Notes under the pieces: generated by a model
Told to the model about the DNA's origin: nothing
Databases searched by the model: none
Seen by the model: only the letters and a program-made list of their open reading frames with translations
From: Atractiella rhizophila
Lineage: Eukaryota
Length of the DNA stretch: 48,396 nt
Assembly: GCA_021432655.1 (NCBI GenBank)
Contig: MU271275.1
Span: 62,001 to 110,396, forward strand
Direction of reading: 5' to 3'
Shown: positions 46,968-48,396 of the stretch, one piece after another
Layout of the letters: each line of letters opens with the position of its first letter
Position numbering within the stretch: the stretch's first letter is position 1
Made by a program: the position numbers and the translations under genes

Positions 46968-48396
46968 ATGAGGCTCAGCAGATGAAGCATGGTAAATCGA
47001 CAGCGCCCCCTGGGATTCTGTTTCAGATATCTTGTGCACTCTGTTAAAACATTATTGGAAAATCAACATCACTTTCAAGCGAGCGTGAATCCCACATCCA
47101 TAGTAATTCCTTAGATCTATCTCTGCAATACTCCTACAATGTGATTGATCCAACTCGGTGGCGGGTTGGGAGATACAGTATATAGTAAAATATTCTTGCA
47201 GCACACAATCGCACGAATACCCGGAGAGTAACGAAAAGGCAGATGTTTGTCGAAGATGAGCCGACTCAGTTACAAATCGTAATGCCAAGTCATTTCCGCC
47301 GATGAGCTGCTGCGCAAAAACAAACAAAACTAAAGTTGCTCTCATGCTGTCATCAATGCAAGTTTAGGGTTAAGAACATGACTTGTGTGTGCTGCTAGCA
47401 TTGCCCTCACCAGTTATTTCCATCCATGGCAGCTTCAAACACCGTTACGGGTTCTACCAAACAGATGTGATTGAAGACGAGGCCATTCTGCAGCAACTGC
47501 TGCTATGTATTCGCTAAACGCTGCTTACTCTTCCACCAGACCCTTTAGAAAGGCATTTTGCAAGTCTTCTACCCAAGGCCACGGTGCCTCCACCATGCAA
47601 CACCGGATGCGAGCGCTTGTCGAGGCATCGCACATTTCTGCGATCCACTGAGCGTCTCGCGGTAAAAAGGGCAGATGAAGGTATCGATCCCTTGAACACT
47701 GACATTACTTTAGATGAATATGTTAGAAATTTGAGAAGAGAGCTTAGGCCATTCTCATCATGGTGAACCAGCTAAAAGAGCCGAAACAAGCGCGGAAGAT
47801 CTGAACTCGTACGTTGGTTTATAGCACTCCTTTTCTATGTTAACTTGTGCTCAAACCTAGCACCATTCCTTTAAAAATTTTACCTGATTTGATATATAAT
47901 TTTACAGTATTGCCACTAATATCTAAAAATTTAGCAGCACTTCTAATAGATTGTTTCAGAAGTCCAATAACCCACAACGATATATTCTCCCGAGCATTTC
48001 TTCTAGCTTTGTGCAGCATTCAGCAAGTCAGAGACTTCAAGTCAGCTGACCTTGTATGCTTAAGTGGCGTTATGTTGGAGTTCAATAGTGTACGTTTTTA
48101 TTGCTACATATGCAATCATTCTGATTAATGGTCAGGCATGGACGTCACGTTCAATGTTGTTGGAGATGGAAATGTGAATCGGGAAGCAGACACGACAGAC
48201 TGGAACACACCACACTAACTTATGCATGTTTTGTTTATTGCGGATTTATCTTTGCATTTCACTCCTCCGCTCTGCAGCACTATTAAAGCTTTTCTTCCTT
48301 TCTTATTCGTTTCCTTTTCCCCAACCACTTTCCGTTTATCTTACTCGTATCGTTTTGTACGTGGCTGGGGAATTTAGCTCCCTCGATTAGCCAAAT

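Noticed and set aside
47364..47372. TAACCCTAA on the minus strand, resembling a telomerase RNA template
   Set aside because: A single 9-mer is expected by chance with appreciable probability in 48 kb on two strands, and I saw no supporting pseudoknot or conserved elements.
46000..48396. Scattered short ORFs (46240-46659, 47584-47766, 47847-48128)
   Set aside because: No recognisable domain or consistent exon chain; possibly degenerate gene or repeat remnants.

Overview
Eukaryotic, intron-rich fungal DNA with mostly ~45-60 nt GT-AG introns. It is a basidiomycete, probably Pucciniomycotina, inferred from protein style. The housekeeping backbone, left to right: a DHA1-type MFS transporter, ARL1, V-ATPase subunit D (VMA8), a minimal HSF-domain transcription factor, a 129-aa mitochondrial-type protein missing from the ORF track, an OMA1-like M48 protease, an MRC1/claspin-like gene, a second MFS transporter, a basidiomycete membrane protein, RanGAP (RNA1) and several hypotheticals. 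The stand-out region is 19.0-26.9 kb: three IFI6/IFI27 (ISG12)-like genes interleaved with six copies or fragments of a multi-pass membrane gene ('X', tentatively CtvD/PaxA-like). A ~2.9 kb segmental duplication there appears to have created an intact in-frame IFI27::X fusion gene, and one IFI27-like gene is a mosaic of the other two. Other oddities: a 1.6 kb in-frame internal duplication in MRC1, two oversized stem-rich introns (OMA1, RanGAP) that may host ncRNAs, a catalytic HExxH motif completed by a 15-nt microexon next to a GC-AG intron, and an alpha-amylase C-terminal relic. I recognised no transposase, tRNA, rRNA or CRISPR. Family assignments come from motif recognition by eye, and exon boundaries were derived manually.
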